From the NCBI GenBank assembly GCA_951406725.2, contig OX597838.1, positions 36,456,001-36,520,000 of the forward strand: DNA of 64,000 nucleotides. The letters are read 5' to 3'. The notes beneath the pieces are model-generated. The model worked only from the letters and a program-made list of their open reading frames with translations, did not search any database and had not been told where the DNA came from. The position numbers and the translations under genes were made by a program. Numbering within the stretch: the first letter of the stretch is position 1; every line of letters begins with the position of its first letter. This DNA is from Octopus vulgaris. Taxonomy: Eukaryota. This document shows positions 13,158 to 24,735 of this stretch, one piece after another.

Positions 13158-14519
13158 AATACCGAGAACTTGCCGCTGCTTCGATAACACACGGACACAC
13201 ACACTCGTGGTCTTCGTCGATAACGTCACATACTACTCAGCCTTTCTCCGCGCCAACCATCCGGACTCATGCTCGATGCCGCTGCCGACGAGCGAGAACT
13301 CGCCAGAACAGAACGGGTCTTTACTTTCCGAGTTCAAATGCTGCTGAGGTTGATTTAGCCTTTCACTTTTTGAGGGGTTCTATAAAATAAGCGTCAGCTG
13401 AACACTGGGGTCAATAAAATTGACTTAGACCCCTCAATTAAAAGATTTCCGGTCTTGTGCATATAGGACTGTTGCCTAAAGGATCACTATTATCCAGGCT
13501 CCCATGGCTTTTATGGATTTTTCCACGAGGAACCTTTTGAAGCGCCTCCCACCATTGGGAGTTTTCACTTGTTATATTTTCGTTGTTATCTTTGATTTTT
13601 ACACGGACTTTTCAAACGGACAAAACCCTTTTGTAACATTCGTCCTGTATTTTGTCCCTATATGTTTTATTTGATTTTTGTTAGCCCTTGTGGCCAATAA
13701 ACGAGGATTAATTATTATTATTATTATTATTATTATTAAGACAAGGAGCTAGCAGAATTGTTAGCATGCTGGGCAAAATCTTTAGTGACATTTCATCTGT
13801 CTTTACACTCTGAGTTCAAATTCTGCCAAGGTCGAGTTTGCCTTTCATCCTATCGGAGTCGATAAAATAAGTACCAGTTGAGTACTGGGGTCGATGTGAT
13901 CAGCTGTCCTCCACGCCACAAAATCCAGGACTTGTGCCTGTAGTAGAAAGGGTTATTATCATCACCATCATCTTCATCATCATCATCATTATCATCATCA
14001 TCATCATCATCATTATTATTACTATTATTATTATTATTATTATTATTATTATCATTAAGGGAGTGAGCTGGCAGAATCGTTAGCCTGCCAGGCAAAATGC
14101 TTAGCGGTATTTCATCTCTTGCTACGTTCTGAGTTCAAATTCTGCCAAGGTCGAGTGTGCCTTTTATCCTTTTGGGATCGATAAATTAAATACCAGTTGG
14201 GTACTGGGGGTTGATGTGACTAACTATCCCCTTCCCCACAAATTTGACGGCCTTGTGCCTAGAGTAGAATGGATCATTATTAGCATTGTTATTAGATGCA
14301 TATACTAATGTAAAGGATGTTGCAAATTAGAGGGCTTGAAACAAAACCATAAAGAGAAAGCAGGAGTGGCTGTGTGGTAAGTAGCTTGCTTACCAACCAC
14401 ATGGTTCCGGGTTCAGTCCCACTGTGTGTCACCTTGGGCAAGTGTTTTCTACTATAGCCTCGGGCTGACCAAAGCCTTGTGAGTGGATTTGGTAGATGGA
14501 AACTGAAAGAAGCCCGTCG

Positions 14520-14578
<59 letters not shown>

Positions 14579-14767
14579 TTGTGTGTCAGTGTTTGTCCCT
14601 CTAACATCACTTGACAACGGATGCTGGTGTATTTACATCCCCATAACTTAGCGGTTCGGCAAAAGAGACAGACAGAGAGCCAGTATACTTATCGCTGAGT
14701 GATATGTACCGCTCAGTAGTACTTCTCATGTAACAATAACCCCCGCCTCTCTCTCCCTCTCTCACCT

Positions 14768-14809
<42 letters not shown>

Positions 14810-14826
14810 ATGTATGTATACACATA

Positions 14827-15418
14827 GGCGCAGGAGAGGCTGTGTGGCAAGTAGCTTGCTTACCAACCACATGGTTCCAGGTTCAGTCCCACTGTGTGGT
14901 ACCTTGGGCAAGTGCCTTGTACTATAGCCTTGGGCCGACCAAAGCCTTGTGAGTGGATTTGGTAGACAGAAACTGAAAGAAGACCGTCGTATATACGTAT
15001 ATTATATATATATAGTTAATCCAAACAAGAAAGTACAAAAAAACACAAAACGCAAGGACATGGAACAAATATAGCATTATTGGACGCTCAGGAAAGAAGG
15101 AAAGAAGGAGGGTTTAATGTTTCGAGCGGAGCTCTTCGTTGGAAACATAGGAGAAGGAAAGATCCAGAGAATGGAAGACAGTGGAAAATATATGTGTGTG
15201 TGTGTGTGTGTGTCTGTGTTTGTCATGCCAACGTCACTTGACAATCGATCCTGGCGATTTTACGTCCCCGTAAATTAGTAGTTCGGCAAAAAGAGACCGA
15301 TAGAATAAGTACTAGGCTTACAAAGAATAAGTCCCGGGGGATTGGTTTGCTCGACTAAAAGTCGGTGCTCCAGCATGGCCACATTCAAAATGACTGAAAC
15401 AAGTAAAAGAGCAAAAAG
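14827..15418 (+). mobile_element. SINE family A copy, interrupted in its microsatellite by a Penelope-like fragment
   Basis: SINE halves on either side of 15015-15190. Confidence 0.8.
15015..15190 (-). mobile_element. Penelope-like terminal repeat fragment with a decayed hammerhead motif
   Basis: Near-copy of 20030-20225; hammerhead core decayed to CCAACGA-AGAGC-tcc-GCTC-GAAA. Confidence 0.55.
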
Positions 15419-15755
15419 AGATGCATATACCAATGTAAGACATGTTGCAAATTAGAAAAGAGAAAGAAAACAAAAAAAAGACAAGATGGATGCTGAGAGG
15501 ATGCGGAGGAGAGGAAGATGAAAAGAAAGGAAAATATACAAGACAGACAGACAGACAGACAGATAAAGCAAACCACAACAACAACGAAAACAACGAATGC
15601 TTTGAATGTGGTTCTCTCAAAAGCAGGAAGTGATGTCATGTAAAAGCAATCAATTGTGTTTGTAGCTAGCAATTAAAAGAACTGTTAATTAGTTAAAAGT
15701 CTGTTGTCGTTAAAGTAGGTAGAAATTATACAACTGTTTGTGCTTGTGTTCATTT

Positions 15756-15791
<36 letters not shown>

Positions 15792-16100
15792 TTGGGTGGG
15801 TGTGGGGGGTTTGTGGGTGCGTGTGAGTGCAAGTGCGTCTGTCCGCAATTAGTTTCCTGGAAGCCTGTAAGATGAAAATTTATAGAACGCATCATCATCA
15901 TCGTCATCATCATCGTCATCGTCATTTCGTGATTTTTATAGTCAACATCACCAGTCATCAGCATTACCATCATCATCATCATCATCATTGTCGCATCATC
16001 ATCTTCAACATCGTCATCACAAACGTTAGCCACTATCTCTGTCATCGTAATCAGTTCATCACAAACAGCCATGTTGTTGTCATCATCATTACCTTCATCA

Positions 16101-16140
<40 letters not shown>

Positions 16141-16142
<2 letters not shown>

Positions 16143-16317
16143 CGCAGGAGTGGCTGTGTGGTAAGTAGCTTGCTTACCAACCACATGGTTCCGGGTTCAG
16201 TCCCACTGCGTGGCACCTTGGGAAAGTGTCTTCTGCTATAGCCTCGGGCCGACCAAAGCCTTGTGAGTGGATTTGGTAGACGGAAACTGAAAGAAGCCTG
16301 TCGTATATATATATGTA

Positions 16318-16368
<51 letters not shown>

Positions 16369-16577
16369 ATATGTTTGTCCCTCTAGCATTGCTTGACAAC
16401 CGATGCTGGTGTGTTTCCGTCCCTGTAACTTAGCGGTTCGGCAAAAGAGACCGATAGAATAAGTACTAGGCTTGCAAAGAATAAGTCCCGGGGTCGATTT
16501 GCTCAACTAAAGGCGGTGCTCCAGCATGACCACAGTCAAATGACTGAAACAAATAAAAGAGTAAAAGAGTAAAAGAG
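16141..16577 (+). mobile_element. SINE family A, full length
   Basis: Close to the family consensus, with an (AGTAAAAG)n tail. Confidence 0.9.
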
Positions 16578-17407
16578 TATATATATTTATATATGTGTGC
16601 GTGTGTGTCTTTCTGTCTGTCTGTCTTTGTGCTTGTTTTTTGCCCCCCACCATCGCTTGACAACCGATAGTGGTGTGTTTATGTCCCCGTAACTTGGTGG
16701 TTCAACAGGCTTAATAAATCCTGCAGTTGACTAAAACCCCTTTAAGGTGCTGCTCCAGCATGGCTGCAATCAAATGACTGAAACGTGTAAAAGAACGAAA
16801 GAATGAGTGTGTGTGTGTGTGTGTGTGTGTTTGTGTTGACCCACTCCCATTACATGACAGCCGGTGATGGTTTGTTTACGTCCCTGTAATTTAGTGGTTT
16901 TGGCAAAACTGACCATTGGAATAAGTACCAGATTTGCAAAAAAGAGAGAAAAAATAGTTCTGAAATCAGTTTGCTTGACTAATTAAATAACTGTTTCGAG
17001 ATGTTGCTGCAGTATGGCCACAGTCCAATGCTTGAAACAAGTCAAAGATATAAAAGATACACGGGAGGGCCATGGCTAGAAGTCCCCCCTACAATCCTAA
17101 GTCTGTTTAATCAAGCTTGACTTGGGACTACCAAGCAACAACAACAACAACAACAACAGCAGCTAAAACTACAAGTCTTTGTTGCTGTAGACGTCTTTGT
17201 TTTTCTGTGTTATGGGAAATAGATGTTGTCTGATAAAAGACTAAACACATGTCGGTCGTTATTTTGACAACATCGAGTGTTTGAATTTCAATGTCTACAT
17301 GGCTACAATGAGTCTGAGACGAGTTGCACAACTTCTTCACACTCTTAACTTGTCCTCTCTTCGCCTTCCATCCCAGCCCCACACTTTTAGCGTCATCGTT
17401 GTCGTAG

Positions 17408-17440
<33 letters not shown>

Positions 17441-17494
17441 GCATCCTCAACATCGTCATTCTAACGTCCACTTTTCGATGCTTGCATGCGTTGG

Positions 17495-18088
17495 ACGGCA
17501 GAAACGTTAGCACGCCGGGCAAAAAAATGCTTAGCGATATTTCGTCTGCCGTAACGTTCTGAGTTCAAATTCCGCCGAGGTCGACTTTGCCTTTCATCCT
17601 TTCGGGGCCGATAAATTAAGTACCAGTTACGCACTGGGGTCGATGTAATCGACTTAATACCTATGTCTGTTCTTGTTTGTCCCCTCTGTGTTTAGCCCCT
17701 TGTGGGTAATAAAGAAATAGGTATTTCGTCTGCCATTACGTTCTGAGTTCAAATTCCGCCGAGGTCGACTTTGCCTTTCATCCTTTCGGGGTCGATAAAT
17801 TAAGTACCAGTTACGCACTGGCGTCGATGTAATCGACTTAATACATATGTCTGTCCTTGTTTGTCCCCTCTGTGTTTAGCCCCTTGTGGGTAATAAAGAA
17901 ATAGGTATTTCGTCTGCCGTTACGTTCTGAGTTCAAATTCCGCCGAGGTCGACTTTGCCTTTCATCCTTTCGGGGTCGATAAATTAAGTACCAGTTTTGC
18001 ACTGGGGTCAATGTAATCGACTTAATACCTATGTCTGTTCTTGTTTGTCCCCTCTATGTTTAGCCCCTTGTGGGTAATAAAGAAATAG
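17495..18088 (+). mobile_element. SINE family B tandem array, one head plus three 184-bp bodies
   Basis: Junction AAAGAAATAG|GTATTTCGTCTG at 17721 and 17905. Confidence 0.9.
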
Positions 18089-18460
18089 GAAATTGTTCAA
18101 GCAGTTTTTTTTCATATTTTGGCCTATGGCCCGATGGCCCTCTCCCATCACCCAACCCTCGTCTGTTTCGTAGCAAGGTTCATATCTTTACCCCATAGCT
18201 AAATGCATTTTTGAAGTAGTACTGAAAGTAAATAAGCTCGAATGACAAGGTTCATACACACACACACACACACACACACGTTATCATTATTAATGCCCCC
18301 CCCCCTTTCTATGTTTGCATGGGTCAGACAAAATTTGTTGGGGCAGATTTTTCTATAGCTAGATGCTGTCATGCTAGAACACCGCTTGCATGACCGTGAT
18401 ACTCGTTTACGACTAACACATGATATCAAGGCAAGGAGACGGTAACACACACACACATAT

Positions 18461-18524
<64 letters not shown>

Positions 18525-18715
18525 CAGGCATTTTTCAGTTTCCATCTACGAAGTCCACTCACAAGGCTTTGACCAGCCTGGAGCAATAGTATGAAAATTC
18601 TTATCCAAAGTGCAACACAGTGGAGTTGAACCTGAAGCCATGTGTTTGGGGAGCAAACTTATTACCACAGGGTCACGCCTGAACTTGTGTATGTCTAATT
18701 GTGTGTGTTTGTATG

Positions 18716-18770
<55 letters not shown>

Positions 18771-19754
18771 TTGAATAATGAGAGCCAAAAGATGGAAAAT
18801 ACGAGAATGTACATTAGCCACTATCATTGACTCATCAGTTATCGATCCCTCATAGGTGGGATACTTAAGAACTGGTTTGGGAGTATCCATTGGTGTAGAC
18901 GGGTCTCTTCAGGTTACAACAAGATGTTGTAACCTCGTTTAAGTAAGGACTATTCCGCAAGATATTTTCTCAGTTTGTGGATAGAAAAGCAGCAAATTAA
19001 AGAATAGAATTTCAATAATAAATAACAGATGCAAGAAGTAACGAATGTACAATTCAACAAAAAGAGTATTGAATGTAACCGTTAACAGATATGGATGTAT
19101 AAACGTCTTCGCTTAGGTTGTGTGGAGCATGCACAGTCGCTCGTACAAACATCCACAAAGATATAAGCGTACACACATGCATGGTTTGGCGCACATATGC
19201 TCACACGGTGTATTAGATTGCTACTTAAGTGTTTATAAGAATGGGGAGGCTAGAGTTAAATTTAATTTATGCATGCCTTAAGGTAAATTAGGATTATTAA
19301 TTTGGTTAACGGTTTAGTCAAATTTATTCCCACTGCACTGCGTGAAAGTGCATTTATAAGCATGTAGGCATCTTGAGAGTCTTTCAGAAATTCTGTTAAT
19401 GATCTCCTCGTTGGTCCACGAAATAGACAGGGATTCCATGGAGCAGATTCTTCGTGGAAAGGATATTATATGGTAGCAATAATAGTGATGTAGCCAACAT
19501 TATAACAGCGTCGGAAAATGAAGTCAGAACTACCATATATATACAACTAAATCTAATAAATACCCATGCACAGAAAAATTAAAATACCCATTGATGAACC
19601 TGTGTATGAGTACGAATCTTGTATATAAATGTACTGTACACACAAGGGGAGAACCGTACATTTACATTGGGGCAACGGATGATTATAATAATAATAATAA
19701 CAACAACATCGAAAAAATACCTTAGGAATGAGAACCCAGGTTCTCATTCCCCAA

Positions 19755-19800
19755 GACACCTGATGAAGGCTGGTGGATATATCAGCCAAAACCTTGTGTT
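19755..19800 (+). ncRNA. Degenerate minimal type I hammerhead motif in a Penelope-like fragment
   Basis: GACAC-CTGATGA-AGGCTG-loop-CAGCC-AAAA-CC-TT-GTGTT; stems I and II pair, GAAA is mutated to AAAA. Confidence 0.55.
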
Positions 19801-19973
19801 AACAACAAACAAGATGAGGAAAAATATCCGTCAAATGTAAATAATGTACTTAATCCCTCATCTCTTAAATATAGAACTATTCTTTCTGTTGTTTAGGACA
19901 GGTGTCAACTCAGAGTGAACAGATCTGTAACCAACTAGAAAAGTAAGGAAACCGTAACCTCCCATTTTTATTC

Positions 19974-20029
<56 letters not shown>

Positions 20030-20030
<1 letters not shown>

Positions 20031-20225
20031 GTTAATCCAAACAAGAAAGCACAAAAAAACACAACAACGCGAGGACGTGGAACAAATATAGTGTTATTGG
20101 ACGCTCAGGAAAGAAGGAGGGTTTAATGTTTCAAGCGGAGCTCTTCGTCAGAAACATAAGAGAAGGAAAGATCCAGAGAAGGGAAGACAGAGGAAAAAAA
20201 ATCGCCAACGGTACACACGAGGTCA
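20030..20225 (-). mobile_element. Penelope-like terminal repeat fragment with a minimal hammerhead (20121-20155)
   Basis: Minus strand GTTT-CTGACGA-AGAGC-tcc-GCTT-GAAA-CA-TT-AAAC; inserted next to (TA)n. Confidence 0.65.
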
Positions 20226-20241
20226 TGCATATACATACATA

Positions 20242-21172
20242 CTAGACTAGGTTACCCGTGACCCGTTGGGTCACCGGGAAAGTCTGAGTTTCCCAGCAAC
20301 GGAATTTTGTTTCGTGGTTACTATTTTTCTTTTCTGGGTTATTACGCAGGCTTTCAACGAATGACAGAAATCACGCTTAAACGGTGCTTTTCTCCAGAAA
20401 AGGAAAGATTTGGTTGCTATTTCTTGCACGCCCTGCTACCACGTAACAGGTATTTCGGGTCCTTTATCAAAAATAGCTGTTACGTGGTAGCAGCGCGTGC
20501 TAGAAATAGCAGCCAAATTTTTGGAGGTGAGATACATTGAATGCACTCGAACATGCCTATGGAAAGGATTAATTGACACCGAGGTTACGAACGGGTTTTT
20601 TTATGTAATATTTACCGTATCTTTAAAGTCGTTTTAACTTTAGAATATTTTTTAAATATGCCAAAAAAAGATTTTTTTTTTTGTAATGGTATTCACTGGA
20701 AAATAATTCTAAAAGACATGAAAATATTGTCTGTTTAAATAAAGCTAAAATATAAATACTGTACAAACAGCTTACATGTTTGAAATCACACTCACTTAAA
20801 AAATATTTCTAAATGATTGAACTGTTGTTTAACAAAAGCAAAAATAGAAACATTTACTCTTAAAAATTCGTATTTTTCTTTTGTTGTCAAGTCAATGTCT
20901 AATAGAAAGATAAGAGTTTCTTCCCCTTCAGTATGAAGATTATTTTCGGAATATTTTCCCATTATGCATCGTTTTGGGTATTTATACCCCACCCCCAAAT
21001 CCCGAATATCTCAATAACTACTGGTCTGATTTACACGGAACTTGTTTTATTCCGTTCGTATTAAAATTTCAGGCGCAACTTAATTCTTTGTATTTTCCCA
21101 TTATGCGCCAGTCTGGCTGTGTAACATTGCAAGCAAGCAAGCAAGATTGAACTTCACTTTTATTAGTGTATA
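20242..21172 (-). mobile_element. Non-autonomous Helitron-like element
   Basis: Minus-strand 3' end CTAG|T preceded by the hairpin CCCGTGACCC-gtt-GGGTCACCGGG (20255-20278); 5' end ..CTAATAAAAGTGAAGTT similar to the element at 61225. Confidence 0.7.
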
Positions 21173-21181
21173 TATATATAT

Positions 21182-21365
21182 ATAACGGGAAGGTTTGCGA
21201 AAATAAACAAAAGACGAAGGCAGGTGGAGTACAAACAATTGTATTAGTATGGCGCTCAGGAATAGAAATAAAACAAGTCTTTTACGTTTCGAGCCTACGC
21301 TCTTCGACAGAAAGTTACACAGAAAAGAAACAAGGAGAGAAAAAAATTGCGTGTAGGGGCTAACG
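21182..21365 (-). mobile_element. Penelope-like fragment with a variant hammerhead (21279-21314)
   Basis: Minus strand CTTT-CTGTCGA-AGAGC-gtag-GCTC-GAAA-CG-TA-AAAG; homologous to 37335-37490. Confidence 0.6.
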
Positions 21366-21373
21366 ATTCAACA

Positions 21374-21413
21374 TTGGACGACTTGACAGGAACCGGCAAA
21401 GCCCATTATATAT

Positions 21414-21481
<68 letters not shown>

Positions 21482-21521
21482 ATATATAATGGGCTTTGCC
21501 GGTTCCTGTCAAGTTGTCCAA
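21374..21521. repeat. 148-bp near-perfect palindrome centred on (TA)n
   Basis: TTGGACGACTTGACAGGAACCGGCAAAGCCCATTATATATACACAC.. mirrored by ..GTGTGTATATATAATGGGCTTTGCCGGTTCCTGTCAAGTTGTCCAA. Confidence 0.9.
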
Positions 21522-22351
21522 CCCATGACATCATGGAAAACGGTCGTTAACTGATGATGATTATGATAATGATATATATATTGTTTCAGTTAACCCCTAT
21601 TTTGTTTTTTCCACATTAAATTGTGTAGGTTGAACTACATAGAATGTTTTGCAATACATATATCTAAAGCAAATATTTTTCAGGGGTCCTTAAAATACTA
21701 TTGTGGATTCCCCATTATTATGTTGAGTGGACCCCCCCACCCCCACCAAAAAAAAAATTATATGACACCTTAGGGGCCATATAGATTTCAGCTAAGAACC
21801 CCTGTTGTAAACGATAAAATATAACGAAGTCAAGATATGAGAAATATCCTCCTCATTGAAAGCCGCTTTAGCGGTATTTGATGGCCCCGGGGTTAATCAT
21901 TGCACTGGGCCCTATAATCGACGGGAAGTAACAGCATACACAGATTAGAATTGGGCACCTGTATCTATGGGGCTTCTGGACAATTGCTCTTGGTGCCCAT
22001 CCCACATTTTGTTTCACTCCCTTAAATTCCGATACACAATCTACCCTATCTGAAAAGGAATTTGTAGAATTGCCCACCACTGAGGAGATCCAAAGCAAAC
22101 CGAAACCACGTTGTCTGATGATCTTGAAGCCAGGGTGGCAGGAGTTATCTTCCGCTTGCAATAACTACCGGGTGCAAGAAGCGCACTGAATAAACCAGCT
22201 GGAGGAGATGTCTTCCTGGGGTTAAATGGCAATATGTTCGTCTCTTAGAGGACAACCACATTAAAGCGGCAGCGAACAATAATGTTTGGTTCGTATACAG
22301 CTTCTATTTCAAACAGAGATTTTCTAAGGGACTAGTTTCTTCTTTGCTCTT

Positions 22352-22763
22352 CTACTCTTTTACTTGCTTCAGTCATTTGACTGTGGCCATGCTGGAGCAC
22401 CGCCTTTAGTCGAGCAAATCGACCCCAGGACTTATTCTTTGTAAACCTAGTACTTATTCTATCGGTCTATTTTGCCGAACTGCTAAGTTACAGGGACGGA
22501 AACACACCAGCATCGGTTGTCAAGCAATATTGGGGTGGGGGACAAACACAGAAACATATACACACACGTATATTCATATATATATATATATACATATATA
22601 CGACAGGCTTCTTTCAGTTTCCGTCTACCAGATCCACTCACAAGGCTTTGGTCGGCCCGAAGCTATAGTAGAAGACACTTGCCCAAGGTGCCACGCAGTG
22701 GGACTGAACCCGGAACCATGTGGTTGGTTAGCAAGCTACTTACCACACGGCCACTCCTGCGCC
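22352..22763 (-). mobile_element. SINE family A, full length
   Basis: Reverse-complement family match. Confidence 0.88.
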
Positions 22764-23491
22764 TACTTTTTCCTTGCTTTTTTTTTTACAGTAAAGGCTT
22801 CTCCAATCCTTTTTGAGTTCGTAGTGTAAAAAAAAAAAAACTGGCCAAAATCGGTTGATATGAGGACGGAGAGAGATTGACAAAAATCATAAATTTAAAA
22901 ATACTCTTCGTAAAAAGCTTCCACCGATCATCACCGAGGCCCAAGTGAAAGAAAAAATTTAAATGTTCCTGTCAAAACGGAGAGAATCCAACCTATGTTG
23001 GCATCCTGATCCGAAACTCCGCCATATGTATGTGTTTGTTTGTGTATGTGAGGCTTTCTGTTTGCTCCAGCATGGCCGCAGTCAAATGACTGAAACAAGT
23101 AAAAGAGTAAAAGAGTAAAAGAAAATAATACATAAATTCTTTAAAATATTTTCAGACGAAAGTGTGTGTAATTTAAGGGACATTTAGCCGTTGTTTCTAA
23201 CACATCCATAGCCACCTGGTACCTTCCTCATTTCGTCCCCACCCTTTGATACCCGGCGAGTCCGTGTGTGTGTGTATGTAAGAAAAAACATACTTGCTAA
23301 CACACACACACACACACATACACACAGACGTAGGAGTGGGTGTGTGGTAAGTAGCTTGCTTATCAACTACATGGTTCTGGGTTCAGTCCCACTGCGTGGC
23401 ACCTTGCGCAAATGTCTTCTATTATAGCCTCGGGCCGACTAAAGCCTTGTGAGTGGATTTGGTAGACGGAAACTGAAAGAAGCCCGTCGTA

Positions 23492-23536
<45 letters not shown>

Positions 23537-23605
23537 GTGTGTGTGTATATATTTTTGTGTGTCTATGTTTGTCCAACCGATGTTGGGGGTACTAACACAG
23601 ACACA

Positions 23606-23657
<52 letters not shown>

Positions 23658-23665
23658 CACGACGG

Positions 23666-24049
23666 TGGGTAGTAAAGAAATAGGTATTTCATTTGCCGCT
23701 ACGTTCTGAGTTCAAATTCCGCCGAGGTCGACTTTGCCTTTCATCCTTTCGGGGTCGATTAAATAAGTACCAGTTACGCACTGGGGTCAATATAATCGAC
23801 TTAATCCATTTGTCTGTCCTTGTTTGTCCCCTCTATGTTTAGCCCCTTGTGGGTAGTAAAGAAATAGGTATTTCATCTGCCGTTACACTCTGAGTTCAAA
23901 TTCCGCCGAGGTCGACTTTGCCTTTCATCCTTTCGGGGCCGATTAAATAAGTACCAGTTACGCACTGGGGTCGATGTAATCGGCTTAATCCGTTTGTCTG
24001 TCCTTGTTTGTCCCCTCTGTGTTTAGCCCCTTGTGGGCAATAAAGAAAT
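23666..24049 (+). mobile_element. SINE family B head-less tandem, two 184-bp bodies
   Basis: Junctions at 23684 and 23868. Confidence 0.88.
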
Positions 24050-24122
24050 AAGAATTTATCCGTCCATGCGTGCCTTCTAAGTATGTGTATGTGTGTACAT
24101 GTGTAAGTATGTATGTATGCTT

Positions 24123-24157
<35 letters not shown>

Positions 24158-24551
24158 CTTAATTGTGTATAAGTCTAAACACATGTGTCTGTATGTGTGT
24201 GTTCGTGTTTAGACCTGTATTTATACTTCATATATGTGTGTGTGTTTGTGTCTCTGTATACGTCTGTCTGTCTGTATGTATGTATGCCCGCGTAGTTCTT
24301 TGTTTAGCCCCAGATCAGATTCGATCGAACAGGCCTGGCGCTCTAACCGTGACCCTCTTTCTCTTTCCTGTGACGTGCAACGAACTGTACTAACCATCGT
24401 GTCGCTCGGGCGGCAAGCTAGAAAGAGCAGCCAAATTTCCGGCTGCGTATGATTTGGGGCAGATTTCTAGCAAGCCTAGTAACTAGTATGTTTGGGATCT
24501 CGATCTCTGTATGTTTGTTTACATGTGTGTGTGTGTGTAGAAGCTATGCAT

Positions 24552-24585
<34 letters not shown>

Positions 24586-24735
24586 CCATATGTGCATCTG
24601 TGTAACCACCTGGTATCGGGTTCGGTCCCGCTGAGTGACATTTTGGGCAAAGTATCTTCTACTTTATCCTCGGGCCGACCGAAGGCCTTATGACTGAATT
24701 TGGCAGACGGAAACTGTGTGGAAGCTCATCATATT

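Noticed and set aside
17495-18088. CRISPR-like or hammerhead-retrozyme reading of the 184-bp arrays
   Set aside because: No unique spacers, eukaryotic context, and no CTGANGA..GAAA core found on either strand of the unit
22020-22320. Non-repetitive, coding-looking segment
   Set aside because: Stops in the frames I read and no recognisable motif; probably a decayed TE
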